Notes under the pieces: model-generated
Databases searched by the model: none
The model's input: only the letters and a program-made list of their open reading frames with translations
What the model was told of the DNA's origin: nothing
Shown: piece after piece, positions 62,814 through 64,000 of the stretch
Position numbering within the stretch: position 1 is the first letter of the stretch
Layout of the letters: each line of letters opens with the position of its first letter
Position numbers and translations under genes: made by a program
Origin: Orbicella franksi
Lineage: Eukaryota
Direction of reading: 5' to 3'
Assembly (NCBI GenBank): GCA_964199315.1
Contig: OZ116707.1
Coordinates: forward strand, 12,090,001 to 12,154,000
DNA length: 64,000 nt

Positions 62814-63850
62814 TTCAGTATGCTGTATACCTCCATCGTTACATAAAACAATGGCGCAAAAATCGTCAATGGTCTTTTTCTTGTTGTCTTGCTTTGATCC
62901 TGCCACTTACCGAACTGCAGAGCGAAATAAGCGGATTGACTGGAACGAACATCCTGAAGCAACAGCTGCAAACTAGTGGAATCGAAATACCTTCGGTTAC
63001 GTTTGAACTCGAGGAACAAGAAACTAAGCCAACTCCAAATGCAGGGAAGCGTGGAAAAGTGGCTCGTAATCTCAGAGAGGAAAATGAAGATAACGCGATT
63101 GGTCAGGAGAGCGTGACCCTACGTGTTGATACTCGTAAGCGTAAACGGGTTACCTTTGACCTCAAAGACCAAGACATTAACCCAACTCCAAGAGGAAGAA
63201 AGCGTGACAGAGTGGCTGAAAATCCCAGGAAGAAAAATAAGGAAAACGTCATTGGTCAGGAGAGCTTGACCGTACCTGTTGATGCTCGTAAGCGCAAACG
63301 GGTTACCTTTGACTTCAAAGACCAAGACATTAACCCAACTCCAAGAGCAAGGAAGCGCGATAGAGTGGCTGAAACTCCCAGGAAGAAAAATAAGGAAAAC
63401 GTCATTGGTCAGGAGAGCTTGACTGTACTTGTTGATGTTCATGAGCCCAGCCAGGTTACCTTTGATCTCGAAGAAAAAGCAACCAACGCAACTCCAAAGG
63501 CAAGGAAGAGTGATAGAGTGGCTGAAAATCCCAGAAAGAAAGCGGACGAAAACGTGATTGGTCAGGGGAGCTTCACTGTACGTGTTGATGTTCATGAGCC
63601 AAGACGGGTTACCTTTGATCGCAAAGAACAAGCAGCTAACCCAACTTCAAATGCAGGGAAGTCCGATGAAGTGGTTGTTACTCTCAGCGAAGAAAATGAA
63701 GAATACTTGACATGCCAGGAGAGCTTGACCGTTGATGTCTATGAGGGAGGACGGATTACCCATAGCCTCACAGAACAAGAAGCTAACCCATCTCCAGAGG
63801 AAGGGCAGCCTGGCGCGGAGCCAAGGGATGTCGAGGACACTTGGCTGTAA
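62814..63850 (+). CDS. Host gene last exon: end of last TM helix and cytoplasmic tail of 51-aa repeats ending EDTWL*
   Basis: TTTTTCACAG acceptor, phase 1. VQYAVYLHRYIKQWRKNRQWSFSCCLAL joins ORF 62894-63850. TAA at 63848-63850. Confidence 0.92.
62996..63800 (+). repeat. Coding tandem repeat, 5 full plus 1 partial x 153 bp (51 aa)
   Basis: GTTAC(C/G)TTTGA (VTF[DE]) anchors at 62996, 63149, 63302, 63455 and 63608, exactly 153 bp apart. Confidence 0.95.
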
Positions 63851-64000
63851 CTGGAAGAACGATGGCTTGGTCATATCTCAGTGGACAAACATGAACAAAC
63901 TCATAAACTGGACTTCGATTTCTGTCTGATCGTAATTAAAACTAAATAACTGTATTCTTGTGTTTCTATGTTTTGCACCTACTACGGTACTTACAAGATA

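Overview
Eukaryotic genomic DNA, AT-rich and repeat-dense. The repeat families and gene type suggest a cnidarian, probably a stony coral (inference). One host gene spans most of the window on the + strand. Nine exons from 8762 to 63850 splice in frame to about 1365 aa, and the start codon/signal peptide was not found. The protein has leucine-rich repeats, a Cys-rich (CxxC, ephrin-receptor/TNFR-like) region and about 9 predicted TM helices. It also has a 15-copy acidic 18-aa repeat in a predicted cytoplasmic loop, and a tail of 51-aa repeats carrying RVxF (PP1-docking-like) motifs that ends in a PDZ-type ligand (DTWL). The introns and 5' region hold nested, mostly dead transposons. These are an AcademH-type deletion derivative, two AcademX (XPG-like) relics, an ISL2EU/Harbinger relic with tandem THAP-like fingers, and a full-length 10.9-kb Sola3 element with a Kolobok-like insertion in its left TIR. 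There are also two MULE-like long-TIR elements, a Gypsy LTR element with 83-bp LTRs, several MITEs, a LINE 3' fragment and satellite/minisatellite arrays. No CRISPR array, rRNA or intact tRNA was found. All family assignments come from motifs recognised by eye, not database searches. Relic boundaries are approximate.
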